A stretch of 19,656 nt of DNA from an uncultured bacterium. Lineage in GTDB: Bacteria > SAR324 > NAC60-12. Positions within the stretch are counted from its first letter, which is position 1. Every line of letters starts with the position of its first letter. The notes below the pieces were generated by a model, which was not told where the DNA came from, made no database searches, and saw nothing but the letters and a program-made list of their open reading frames with translations. Of the stretch, positions 1-9,700 are shown piece after piece. The stretch is from assembly GCA_965662845.1 (NCBI GenBank), contig CBFIJD010000048.1:1-19656 (forward strand), read 5' to 3'. A program made the position numbers and the translations under genes.

Positions 1-483
1 GGCATTGATCCAGGTAGTCGGAAGACAGGCTATGGAGTCATTGACACCTTCCAGAACCGCTCTAAACACTTCGAGAGCGGCTTCATTAAACTTCCAGAAA
101 ATACCCCTCTCGCCGAACGTCTGGTCCAACTTTCGGTTGAACTCTCCATGCTCATCGAACGTGTTCAACCCGATTGCGGCATTGTGGAAGAAATCTTCTT
201 CGCGAAAAATGCTCGCTCTGCGCTGGTGCTCGGGCATGCTCGGGGAGTTGTCTTGCTTGAACTCGCTCGCTCACAAGTTCCGATTCACGAGTACGCGCCC
301 AAACAAATCAAACAGTCTCTGGTTGGCGTTGGCAACGCCAAAAAAGATCAGATCCAGCACATGGTGAGGATTCTCCTCAACCTAGGATCGAGGAGACTGC
401 AAGAAGACGAAGCCGATGCTTTGGCGTTAGCACTCGCCCACGCGCACATCCTTCCCCTCTCCCAAAGACTGCAAAACTTGTAA
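1..483 (+). CDS. ruvC: Holliday junction resolvase RuvC (5' end lies outside the window)
   Basis: Frame 1 is open from base 1: GIDPGSRKTGYGVI... then VEEIFFAKN, LGHARGV, EYAPKQIKQSLVGVGNAKKDQIQHMV and DEADALALA. These are the RuvC motifs with the catalytic acidic residues. The ORF-track start at 148 is internal. Confidence 0.96.
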   Translation, partial: GIDPGSRKTGYGVIDTFQNRSKHFESGFIKLPENTPLAERLVQLSVELSMLIERVQPDCGIVEEIFFAKNARSALVLGHARGVVLLELARSQVPIHEYAPKQIKQSLVGVGNAKKDQIQHMVRILLNLGSRRLQEDEADALALALAHAHILPLSQRLQNL

Positions 484-536
484 TCGTTTTGAGACTTGTT
501 TTTTGTCACTTCTCGCACCATCCTTGTCGAGTTTTT

Positions 537-552
537 TGACACCCTAATGTCA
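537..552. promoter_or_regulatory. Inverted repeat TGACA-N6-TGTCA upstream of nuoN, candidate operator
   Basis: TGACA (537-541), ccctaa, TGTCA (548-552), overlapping TTGACA at 536-541. TGTCACT also occurs at 504-510. Confidence 0.3.
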
Positions 553-580
553 CTCCTTGGCTCGCGTGAGAAGTTGCCAT

Positions 581-2038
581 ATGCCCCATTCGATTACCCT
601 CGCTGACCTCCTACCGATCATTCCCGAAATCATTCTCACGCTCACAATGGTGGTCGCCATTCTGGCCGACCTATTTGTCCCGACTGAGCGCCGAAGCGAC
701 TCCGTGATTGCGGTTTCCCTGGTTGGAATGGTTTTGACCATTTTTGCCGAAATCCAAATCTTTGGCGCCGACTACACGGGCTTCTTTGGCACCGTTGTCG
801 CGGATGACTATTCCATTTTGTTAGAAGTGCTCTATCTGCTGCTTGGCATCACGACCATTTTGCTCTCTAGGCACTACATTGTTGAAAATGGCATGAACTT
901 CGGGGAGTACTACATTTTATTGATCAGCTCGATCTTGGGCATGATGTTGATGTCTTCCAGCTTAGAGCTGCTGGTGATTTTTGTGGGGCTGGAATTGATG
1001 TCGATCTCCAGTTACATCCTCGTTGGTATGAAGCGAAAAGATCCACAGTCTGGGGAAGCGGCGCTCAAATACCTACTCCTAGGCGCCTTCTCGACGGGGT
1101 TTTTGCTTTACGGCATCTCCATGCTCTATGGCGCGACGGGCAGTACGTATCTTCCGACCATGTTGCAGCAGCTCCAAACCACCGCTGTGCTCGAAACACC
1201 GCTTGCGCTCATCGGCATCGCTCTGGTGACGATTGGCCTGGGATTCAAAGTCGCGGTTGCGCCCTTCCACATGTGGACGCCCGACGTGTACTCAGGCGCA
1301 CCGACTCCGATCAGCGGCTTTTTATCGGCAGCTTCGAAAGCCGCAGGCTTTGCGATCATGATTCGGATTTTGTTAGGGGGAATCCCCTTGGAACGCGTTG
1401 AAAACTGGGAGGCTGTGCTGGGCGGGTTAGCGACCGTCACCATGACAGTGGGGAATTTACTAGCGTTGCAGCAAAAAAGTGTGAAGCGCATGTTAGCCTA
1501 CTCATCGATTGCGCACGCGGGCTACATGATGATCGCGATCGCTGTAGGAACGCAGGCCGCAATTGGTAGCGTTGTCTTCTATGCCGTGGCTTACGCCTTC
1601 GTCAGTACAGGCGCGTTTGGGGTCCTCACTATCCAACACGGCCACCAAGCCCTTGACTCTTACGACGATCTTCGTGGGTACGCTAAGAATCATCCACAAC
1701 TCGCGCTGATGATGACACTGATGATGGTCTCGTTGATCGGGCTGCCACTGACGGGAGGCTTTGTTGGGAAGCTACATGTCTTCGGCGCTGCTTTAGAATC
1801 AGAGTGGGTCTGGTTAGCCATGGCTGGCATTCTCAACAGCGCAGTCTCTGTCTATTACTATTTGAAAGTGATCTCTCGCATGTACATGTCCAGCGAGGAG
1901 GCGTGCGCATCTTCGGCGCCACCGCCGCGTCTGGCCACTCTCGGAGTCGCTCTCACAGCAGCGGCTACCCTTTATTTGGGAATCTTTCCGGATTCTTTCT
2001 TGCGTCTCATCAACGAATCTGTACGCACCCTCATGTGA
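581..2038 (+). CDS. nuoN: NADH-quinone oxidoreductase subunit N (antiporter-like membrane subunit)
   Basis: Very hydrophobic, with GLELMSISSYIL, EAALKYLLLGAFSTGFLLYG, GFKVAVAPFHMWTPDVYSGAP, SKAAGF, KRMLAYSSIAHAGY, SLIGLPLTGGFVGK and SVYYYLKV. ATG at 581 preferred over TTG at 557. Confidence 0.93.
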   Translation: MPHSITLADLLPIIPEIILTLTMVVAILADLFVPTERRSDSVIAVSLVGMVLTIFAEIQIFGADYTGFFGTVVADDYSILLEVLYLLLGITTILLSRHYIVENGMNFGEYYILLISSILGMMLMSSSLELLVIFVGLELMSISSYILVGMKRKDPQSGEAALKYLLLGAFSTGFLLYGISMLYGATGSTYLPTMLQQLQTTAVLETPLALIGIALVTIGLGFKVAVAPFHMWTPDVYSGAPTPISGFLSAASKAAGFAIMIRILLGGIPLERVENWEAVLGGLATVTMTVGNLLALQQKSVKRMLAYSSIAHAGYMMIAIAVGTQAAIGSVVFYAVAYAFVSTGAFGVLTIQHGHQALDSYDDLRGYAKNHPQLALMMTLMMVSLIGLPLTGGFVGKLHVFGAALESEWVWLAMAGILNSAVSVYYYLKVISRMYMSSEEACASSAPPPRLATLGVALTAAATLYLGIFPDSFLRLINESVRTLM

Positions 2039-2045
2039 GTTCGCC

Positions 2046-2477
2046 ATGCACCCCAAAGGTCGATATCTTGCATTTTGTCGTCATTCCCGCAGCGGCTTCA
2101 GCCTGATCGAAGTGATGATCGTCGTCGCGATCATCGGGATTCTGGCAACCCTCGCTTATCCAAGCTTGGACAGCTATCTGGCTCAATCAAAGCAAAGTGA
2201 AGCGAAGACCAACTTGGTGTCCATTTACACTGCGCAGAAACTATATCGCGCGACGAATGACACATACGCCGACACTTTAGATCAATTGGGGCTAGATTTA
2301 CCGGCGGCGCCGAACGATGCGTACACGTATGGCTACACGATAAGCACCGCGGGCGCAGGATCATCATTCAGGGCCACAGCAACCGCAAATTTAGATGACG
2401 ACACTACAGAAGACGAGTGGACGATTGACCAAGATAAGCAGCTCCAAAACACAGTTAACGACATCACTGCCGACTAG
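2046..2477 (+). CDS. Type IV pilin (PilA/PilE-like) with prepilin cleavage/methylation site
   Basis: Basic 17-aa leader, then G|FSLIEVMIVVAIIGILATLAYP (Glu+5) and SEAKTNLVSIYTAQKLY. C-terminal ATATANLDDDTTEDEWTID. Mature protein 126 aa with no Cys. Confidence 0.92.
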   Translation: MHPKGRYLAFCRHSRSGFSLIEVMIVVAIIGILATLAYPSLDSYLAQSKQSEAKTNLVSIYTAQKLYRATNDTYADTLDQLGLDLPAAPNDAYTYGYTISTAGAGSSFRATATANLDDDTTEDEWTIDQDKQLQNTVNDITAD

Positions 2478-2478
2478 C

Positions 2479-3882
2479 TTGAGACGAACCGCCTGCCTAG
2501 TGTTCCTGTCAAGCGTCGCCCTCCTCCTCTCTGGTTGTCTCACCAAAAAAGTCTACTACAACGACCCTCCTTCGCCTGAAGCGCTCATCCGAACCTCGGC
2601 GTTCACCGTTGAGCGTTTTGAAGGCGAACGAGCCGCCCTCTTCCGCGATATTTTCATCCAAGAAGTCTACCGCATCCCTAATTTTGACTACTTCGATGAA
2701 ATAGAGCCCTCGCAACAGAAACACACCGCGATTGTGAACGCTTCGGTTGAGTTATACTCCATCCGAGACGAAGAAGAGATGCGTGGCGCCACAAGAGTCA
2801 ACCTCCGCCCGCGCAGCGTGATGGTGGAGCCCCCCAGCGGGGCAGGCGAGGTTCAGCGACAAGCATTTGAGTTCGAGGAAATCCCCTTCACAGAGCGGGT
2901 GATGCACCGAACGCTTGACCTCGAAATCGATTTTGACATCCGTGACGCGGCTCAAGCAGAGTCTCTCTTCAAGGGCAAAGAGCGGATCTCATTTCAGCAG
3001 AGCTATGTAGGCGAGAGTGAGATCGAGCTGATGCCCACACCGAATATGGAAATGGAAAGGCTCGGGCGGACTTTAATCGCACGCCTGCTTGATCGTTTGA
3101 ATCCGGTGCAAAAGAATCGCATTCTTGAGTTGGAAGAAGGAAGCTCTCCAGTACCTTTGACCGGGGAGGTTGTCGATTTGGGACACCCGCGCATTCTGCA
3201 GGCGAATCGCTATGCAGTGAACCGAGATTATGACAAAGCGATCAAAGCATGGAATTATGTAGTCTTTGAGCCGATCGCCTTCGAAGAGTCAGAGCGATTT
3301 GCGTTCACGAACGCCGTGTTTACCCAGTTGAGAGAGGCAAAGCTGCCGCGCGAGACGATGCAGGCGCTGCTGCGACTCTATGGAAAATCCTATTCGTTAG
3401 AAGACATTGATCCGGTGTTGATTGCGCTGCTGGAACCCAGAGGGTTTCAATTGTATGGCCCGATCATCAAATATCACGCGCGCTCTTCTCGGAGCCAAGA
3501 TGGTCAAAACCTGGCAGCAGCGCACCACAATTTGGGAGCGGTTTATCGGCTGCAACAGCGCTATGAACTTGCGGCTTACCACTTTGCGCAAGCAAACGCC
3601 TATCAGCCCAGCGAAAAGTACGCGCAAGCTTGGACGGACATGCAACACGCTCAGGGAAATTACAACCCGCTAGACACCATGATGGAGCAAACCATCGAGG
3701 CCGCAGGCAAGCGACTCCCTCCAGAAGATGCACTTGTTCAACCAAGGATGGCCGCGCTTGACGCACCAGAAAATCCTCCCGCAGAACCAGTCCCTAGCAG
3801 TCTTCAACCTGTAGAGTTACCCTTTCTGTTTGACGAGACCGACTCTGCCCGTTCTCCTGTTGAGTCTGTAGAACCCAATTGA
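2479..3882 (+). CDS. Putative outer-membrane lipoprotein: CsgG/FlgO/TolB-N-like domain plus TPR-like helices and Pro-rich tail
   Basis: TTG at 2479, one base after the pilin stop, gives MRRTACLVFLSSVALLLSG|C (lipobox LSGC). The strand/helix pattern FTVERF...AIVNASV...LEIDFDIRD resembles the CsgG/TolB-N fold (by eye). TPR-like AAAHHNLGAVYRLQQRYELAAYHFAQA. Confidence 0.7.
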   Translation: MRRTACLVFLSSVALLLSGCLTKKVYYNDPPSPEALIRTSAFTVERFEGERAALFRDIFIQEVYRIPNFDYFDEIEPSQQKHTAIVNASVELYSIRDEEEMRGATRVNLRPRSVMVEPPSGAGEVQRQAFEFEEIPFTERVMHRTLDLEIDFDIRDAAQAESLFKGKERISFQQSYVGESEIELMPTPNMEMERLGRTLIARLLDRLNPVQKNRILELEEGSSPVPLTGEVVDLGHPRILQANRYAVNRDYDKAIKAWNYVVFEPIAFEESERFAFTNAVFTQLREAKLPRETMQALLRLYGKSYSLEDIDPVLIALLEPRGFQLYGPIIKYHARSSRSQDGQNLAAAHHNLGAVYRLQQRYELAAYHFAQANAYQPSEKYAQAWTDMQHAQGNYNPLDTMMEQTIEAAGKRLPPEDALVQPRMAALDAPENPPAEPVPSSLQPVELPFLFDETDSARSPVESVEPN

Positions 3883-3900
3883 TCCGTTGACGGAGGCCTT

Positions 3901-5106
3901 ATGCGGAACTTAATGCTTGTCCTTAGTCTGCTCTTTTGGTTTGCGGGCGGCTCTCTCGCACGAGAAGTAACCGTTACCGGAGTCGCTAGCATCTACGAAG
4001 AGAATGTCGGCAGCGCAAGAACCCAAGCGCTGAAAAACGCGCAACGGGAAGCGGTAGAGCAGGGAGTAGGCGCGTATGTGGACGCCAACACTCTGACGCA
4101 AAACTTCGAGATCATTCGTGACGAAATTTTTAGCGCAAGTCAGGGCTTTATTCGCGAATATCAGATTTTGCGAGAAGGACGCTCCGGTGATGGCTCGGCC
4201 TACGAGATTATGATCCGCGCTGATGTGCAAGACGGCAAAATTGTGGACAAATTGACCGCGCTGCGGGTGCTGCACCAGAAAATGGGGAACAAGCGAGTGA
4301 TGGTTGTCTACTCCCCAACCGATCCCAACGCGCTGCCCCGGGACAACGGCGCTGTTAGCACAACGCTGGCGGTGGTTCGTGACGAGTTCAATCGGATGGG
4401 CTTCCGCGTGTTCAACGAGCGTGCGATGGAAGAAGTCTATCGCACCATCGAGCAATCAGCGCTGGTAGACCGCCCTGTGGATGGTTTGATCGCGCTGGCG
4501 CTAGACCAACAAGCCGAAGTTTTGGTCCGCTTCGAAATGGTCGGTGGAAAGCGAGACCAGCGAGGCGGTGTATTTTATGCGACAAAGGCTACGGTTCGCC
4601 TGAGCGTTTACGACGCCAACACAGGGCGCCAAATTGCTGATGTGGTGACGTATGGGAAGGAGCTGTCCGCAAATCGTCCCGGGACATACGATTGGTTCAA
4701 CATGTTGGGCAAGGCCGGAACTCGTGCGGGCATTGAAGCCTCTCAAGAGGCGGTAGATCGCATCATTGCCTTCTATCAAAATGTGGGAGATATCGGCAAC
4801 GCGTACTTGCTGGTCTTCCGCAACTACAGCGTGGATCAAGAAGACATGATTCTGGATTATTTGGAAGGTACGGCAGGCTATCAGCAACTCTCCGAACTCA
4901 AAAACACACGTCGCTATATGGAGATAGAGTTGTTTTCTTCAGAAGATAAGAGTCGGCTGCGCCGCAAAATGCGCCAAGACCTGCTGTCGAAAGACATCCC
5001 GCTTGTTGCTCAAGAGGCATCAGGCAACCGCATTGTCTTCGTCAACCCTCGCCCTTCCGCAGAGATTGAATTGGCTCCGCCTGAAAAATTAGAAGTCGGC
5101 CAATAA
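3901..5106 (+). CDS. Exported protein with FlgT N-terminal-like domain and FlgT-middle/CsgG-like domain
   Basis: GGAGG RBS at 3892-3896 and signal peptide (...GGSLA|RE). VTVTGVASI...ARTQALKNAQREAVEQGVGAYVDANT...SQGFIREYQIL...YEIMIRADV matches the FlgT_N pattern. Middle region KRVMVV...GFRVFN...AEVLV...VRLSVYDANTGRQIA. Confidence 0.72.
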   Translation: MRNLMLVLSLLFWFAGGSLAREVTVTGVASIYEENVGSARTQALKNAQREAVEQGVGAYVDANTLTQNFEIIRDEIFSASQGFIREYQILREGRSGDGSAYEIMIRADVQDGKIVDKLTALRVLHQKMGNKRVMVVYSPTDPNALPRDNGAVSTTLAVVRDEFNRMGFRVFNERAMEEVYRTIEQSALVDRPVDGLIALALDQQAEVLVRFEMVGGKRDQRGGVFYATKATVRLSVYDANTGRQIADVVTYGKELSANRPGTYDWFNMLGKAGTRAGIEASQEAVDRIIAFYQNVGDIGNAYLLVFRNYSVDQEDMILDYLEGTAGYQQLSELKNTRRYMEIELFSSEDKSRLRRKMRQDLLSKDIPLVAQEASGNRIVFVNPRPSAEIELAPPEKLEVGQ

Positions 5107-5271
5107 TTCCTGCCCCCCGTCAGAAGTCGCCGCTTTGATCGTCGGCGGCTCTCGCCCTCCCTGAAATAGTTTGCAACATCTCCGCGATCCACCTAGCTTT
5201 CCCCCAGTTTCCCCGCAAGTTTGTCTGACCCCAGCGGGTATTTCGTACCTTGACGATGTTTTGGAGGAGTT

Positions 5272-6675
5272 ATGAGTCAGTTTGATGTTGTTGTTTTGGG
5301 CGCTGGCCCTGGTGGATATGTGGCTGCGATTCGTTGTGCGCAGCTGGGGATGAAAACCGCGCTGGTTGAAAAATCCCCAACGCTCGGTGGGACGTGCCTG
5401 AATGTGGGCTGTATTCCCTCCAAAGCCCTGCTGGACTCCACAGAACATTACTACAACGCGAAGCACCACTTTGCGACACATGGCATCGACGTTTCTGGTT
5501 TGAGCTTGAACTGGGACAACATGAAAAAGCGCAAAGATGAGGTTGTGTCGCAAACTTGTGACGGCGTGATGTTTCTGATGAAGAAGAACAAGATCGAAGT
5601 CTATCAAGGCCATGGCAGCTTTGTGGACGCGAACACCATCCAAGTGCAGAGAACAGACGGCAGCACGGAACAGGTCCAAACCAAAAATACGATCATCGCG
5701 ACCGGTTCAGAGCCGGCGTCTCTGCCAAATGTCACTATCGATGGCAACCGAGTGATTTCCTCAACCGAAGCCCTCAAGCTCGAAAAAGTGCCCGAATCCA
5801 TGCTAGTGATCGGTGGCGGCATCATCGGCTTAGAGATGGGTTCGGTCTATGCGCGGATGGGCACGCAAGTGTCTGTCATCGAGTTTATGGATCGCCTGAT
5901 TCCAACCATGGACCTCACGCTGGGCAAAGAGATGCAGCGCGTTCTCAAGAAAATTGGCATCCAATTTCACCTGCAGCACGCCGTTCAAAATGTGACTCCA
6001 CAAGACCGAGGAGTCATCGTCTCCGCGAAGAACAAGAAAGGCGAAGAGGTTCAATTCACCGGAGAATATTGCCTCGTGGCTGTGGGACGAAAGCCCTACA
6101 CCGCTGCGCTGGGTTTAGAAAACATTGGTCTGCAACCTGATGAACGTGGGCGAGTTCCGGTCAACGATCACTTGGAAACTCCCGTCAAAGGAGTCTACGC
6201 AATTGGTGATGTGGTTCGAGGCGCAATGCTGGCCCACAAAGCTGAAGAGGAAGGCACGTTCGCGGCCGAAGTCATCGCGGGGCAAAAGCCACACATGAAC
6301 TATCGCGCGATTCCAAATGTTCTCTACACATGGCCCGAGGCCGCGGGCGTCGGCTATACAGAACAAGAACTGAAAGAAGAGGGGAAAGCCTATAAAGTAG
6401 GGTCTTTCCCATTTAAGGCGCTCGGACGAGCACGGGCCGCGATGGAAACCGACGGTCTGGTGAAAGTAATCGCCGACCAAGAAACCGACGAAGTCCTTGG
6501 CATTCATATGGTCGGTGCCCGCATTGCCGACTTAATTGCCGAAGCCGTTGTTGCCTTTGAATACCGCTGCAGCGCCGAGGATATCGCCCGCATGTCTCAT
6601 GCCCACCCTACGTTTGCCGAAGCGTTGAAAGAAGCGGCTCTGGATGCTACAGAAAAAAGAGCTATTCACATGTAA
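5272..6675 (+). CDS. lpdA: Dihydrolipoyl dehydrogenase (E3)
   Basis: GAGPGGY FAD motif, redox-active GGTCLNVGCIPSK, NAD motif GGGIIGLE, MLAHKAEEEG, HAHPTFAEAL. RBS GGAGGAG at 5263-5269. Confidence 0.97.
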   Translation: MSQFDVVVLGAGPGGYVAAIRCAQLGMKTALVEKSPTLGGTCLNVGCIPSKALLDSTEHYYNAKHHFATHGIDVSGLSLNWDNMKKRKDEVVSQTCDGVMFLMKKNKIEVYQGHGSFVDANTIQVQRTDGSTEQVQTKNTIIATGSEPASLPNVTIDGNRVISSTEALKLEKVPESMLVIGGGIIGLEMGSVYARMGTQVSVIEFMDRLIPTMDLTLGKEMQRVLKKIGIQFHLQHAVQNVTPQDRGVIVSAKNKKGEEVQFTGEYCLVAVGRKPYTAALGLENIGLQPDERGRVPVNDHLETPVKGVYAIGDVVRGAMLAHKAEEEGTFAAEVIAGQKPHMNYRAIPNVLYTWPEAAGVGYTEQELKEEGKAYKVGSFPFKALGRARAAMETDGLVKVIADQETDEVLGIHMVGARIADLIAEAVVAFEYRCSAEDIARMSHAHPTFAEALKEAALDATEKRAIHM

Positions 6676-6683
6676 TTTCCCAC

Positions 6684-6707
6684 GGGACGGCGCTCTGGAG
6701 CCGTCCC
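6684..6707. other. GC-rich intergenic stem-loop after lpdA
   Basis: GGGACGGC-(8 nt)-GCCGTCCC, a perfect 8-bp stem. No U-tract follows, so it is not a canonical intrinsic terminator. Confidence 0.5.
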
Positions 6708-6742
6708 AAATCCCCGCTCCAAAAGAGCACAGGAGGCCTTCA

Positions 6743-9700
6743 ATGTCCCAATCTCCTCGAATCATCTCCCTGTTTTGTGCGGCTCTGCTCGCGACCACGA
6801 CATGGCTGGGTGCTCAAGAAAATGAGAGCGCTGAGGAAGCCATTTCAGATACTCGCAATGCTTTAGAACAGGCCGAAGAGGCGCTACAGCGCACAGCAGA
6901 CACGGTTGAAGAAGCAGAAGAACAAGCCGCAGCCGTGGAGGTCGAGTCTTCAGAAGTGCCAGAGTTGACCAAGGTGGACGATCCAGTTGAGCAAGCCAAA
7001 GAGTGGAAACGACTCTACGACGACGCAACCCAGCAATTTCAGTCAGGACAACTGGACGCAGGACTTCAAGTTGCCCAACAAGCGCGGCTGTTCGCAGATG
7101 AAAAGTTTGGCTTCAAAGACGAACGCACCCTGCGCTCCTACCTGTTGCTGGCGTCCTTTTACGAAGAGCTGAGCTTGCTGGAAGAAGCGAACGCGACTTA
7201 CCAAGAAGCGCTCACTGTGACAATGGAACAGCAGGGCACCAATTCGCACGTGCTGCTCGACATCCTCGACCAATACGGGAGATTCTTCTCCAAGATTGGG
7301 GAATATGAAATGGCCGATGTCGTCTACGAAAAATCCTACCTGCTCTCAGGCGATCTGCTGGGTGTTCAAGACCCTCGCACCACATACCGACTACAGACGC
7401 TTGGGAACAACGACGTCAGTTTGAAGCGCTATGACCTCGCCGAAAATCGACTCCGCGACGCTTTAGAAATCTTTGAAACAACCCTTGGCCGCGAAAACAT
7501 CAACACCGTGAACGTGTTGGGTGACATCGCCCAATTTTATCTTGCCCAAGGCGAACTCCGCCCTGCCGTGAAGCCCCTAGAAGAAGCCTATGCTCTGCGT
7601 GTAAGCATTCAGGGCGAAAATGAGCTTGATACCCTCGAAACCAAGGAAGACCTCGCGCAGCTCTATCGGCAACTCGGGCGATTTGATGAAGCCGAACCGA
7701 TGTTTCTGGAAGTGGTGAGCGCGGCAGAATCGCAACTGGGAGTCGCGGATCCTCTGACCATCGAAGCAAAGAGCCACCTCGCAGAACTCTATGAGAATGT
7801 GAACAATTTCGAGGAGGCACTACGGCTCTACCAAGAAGTTTACGAGACCGATCTGCAAATCCTCGGAGAGTCACATCCGAACGTAGCGAGTGACCTCAAC
7901 AACTTGGCAGGGATCTATCGCCGTATTGGAGAGCTGCAACAGGCCGAAACCTCTTATCGTCGCGCGCTAGAGATTATGACCGCCGCCTTAGGAGAAAAAG
8001 CGCCGCAGACCATCCCGATTATGAACAACCTCGCTCTCATCTTAGAGAGCCAAGGTCTCTATGACGAAGCGGAGCCGCTGTATCAGAAGGCGCTGGGATA
8101 CTCTGAAGAGCTACAGGGCGAGAAGCACCCAACCTCGCTTGCGCTCAATAACAACATTGCCATGCTTTATGAAGCGCAAGGAGACTTTGCGCGGGCAGAA
8201 CTGACCTACCAGCGCGTGATTACGCTCAATAAGTTGGTGTTTGGAGAAACCCACCCCAATACCGTCGCGAGTATCAACAACCTCGCTTATCTCTATCTAG
8301 TGGATCAGAAGCCAGAGCAAGCCGAGGAAAGCTTCAAAGAAGCCTTTGAAATTTGGAGCGAACTGTACGGTGAAAAACACCAAGATACGCTCAAAGCTCT
8401 CAATAACGTTGGCCGCGTGCAGCACCAGCTGGGTGAAATGGACGCCGCCGAAGAGACGTTGAACCGAGCGCTTGAACTCCGCATGGAACTCTTTGGAGGC
8501 AAAGAGCACGAAGATGTACTGCGCAGCATGAACGATATCGCGCTGCTCTACGTTGACTTGGGCCGTGAAGACGACGCCCTCGAACTCTTCCAAGAAACAT
8601 TAGAACTGCAAGAGACTGTGCTCGGAGAGCATCATCCCTATACGTTTGAGACGCTCAATAACCTCGCGAACTTACAGTACGATCTAGGAAATCTAGAAGA
8701 AGCCTACGAAGTCCGGCGCGTGGGGTACGACCGGCGCAACGAATTCCTGAATCGCATTCTGTGGGTCGCGGGGGACAACACACGGCAGTCCTACATCCGG
8801 CTGTATCGCCCAGAGCTGGACGCTTACATTCGCCTGTTGATTGAACTCGACGATGAACGCACCGCTCGCGAAATGTTTGACATCAGCCTCAAACGCAAAG
8901 GGTTGCTGCTCAAAATCACCAGTGAGACGCAACAAGTCGTTAGGATGGCCGATTCTCCTGAATTGAACGCCATCACAGAAGAGCTGACAGCTGCACGCAA
9001 AGAGCTAGCTGCTTTGACCCTATCTGGGCCGACTCCAGAGACTCGCAACAACTTCCCCCAAATGGTCAGTGAACTGGAAAATAAGGTGAACAACCTCCAG
9101 CTCAAACTGGGCGAAACAAGCGCCTTATTCCGCGAGTCTGTGCGCGAAATCAGCGTGGATGAAGTCATTGACTCTGTCGGTGACGACCATGCGCTGGTCG
9201 ACTTTTTCGCCTACAAGAGCGAAGACGATGAGTGGTCGCTGAGCGCCGTGGTCGTCAATGATGGGGAGCTTTACTTCTACAATTACGAAGAGCTAGAGGC
9301 GTTCCAAGATCTGATCATGGAACTTCGAGACTACATGATGGACGTCACCGTGGTCGAAGATGACATCAAACCGCTCTCACAAGAGCTGTATGAGATGCTG
9401 TGGGATCCCCTCAACGAATTCCTCGATGGCAAAGAAGACATCTATTTGATCCCAGATAGCGTGCTGAACGTGTTGCCGTTCGATACGTTGGTCGACTTTG
9501 ACGACACATATTTGATTCAGACGCTGAATCTGCGCTGGATCAGCTCCGCGCGAGACCTTGCGACAGAACCGCTTGAGCCGGTCGAAGGCGAAGTCTTGAT
9601 CATGGCGGGGCCAGACTACGACTCTGACGACATCGCGACATCGCCTGAAGCCACAAAGATCAGCGGCAAGCGCTCGGCAACGGTCAATTCAGGCATTCGG

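Noticed and set aside
1..483. RuvC-like nuclease of a transposon or Cas12/TnpB
   Set aside because: Size and motifs match the housekeeping Holliday junction resolvase.
2097..2477. Pilin as a conductive e-pilin linked to the adjacent nuoN
   Set aside because: Aromatics occur at mature positions 1, 27, 50 and 57, but position 24 is Leu and total content is only 11/126 (8.7%). No cytochromes are nearby, and the e-pilus criteria are themselves contested.
2395..2478. ORF-track N-terminal extension of the lipoprotein
   Set aside because: It overlaps the pilin. The TTG at 2479 gives a canonical lipoprotein signal.
3892..3900. GGAGGCCTT upstream of both the FlgT-like gene and the CHAT gene (6732-6740)
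   Set aside because: Five of the nine bases are the Shine-Dalgarno sequence; the remaining match is plausible by chance.
6684..6707. Hairpin after lpdA as an intrinsic terminator or REP element
   Set aside because: No U-tract on either strand and no second copy seen in the window.
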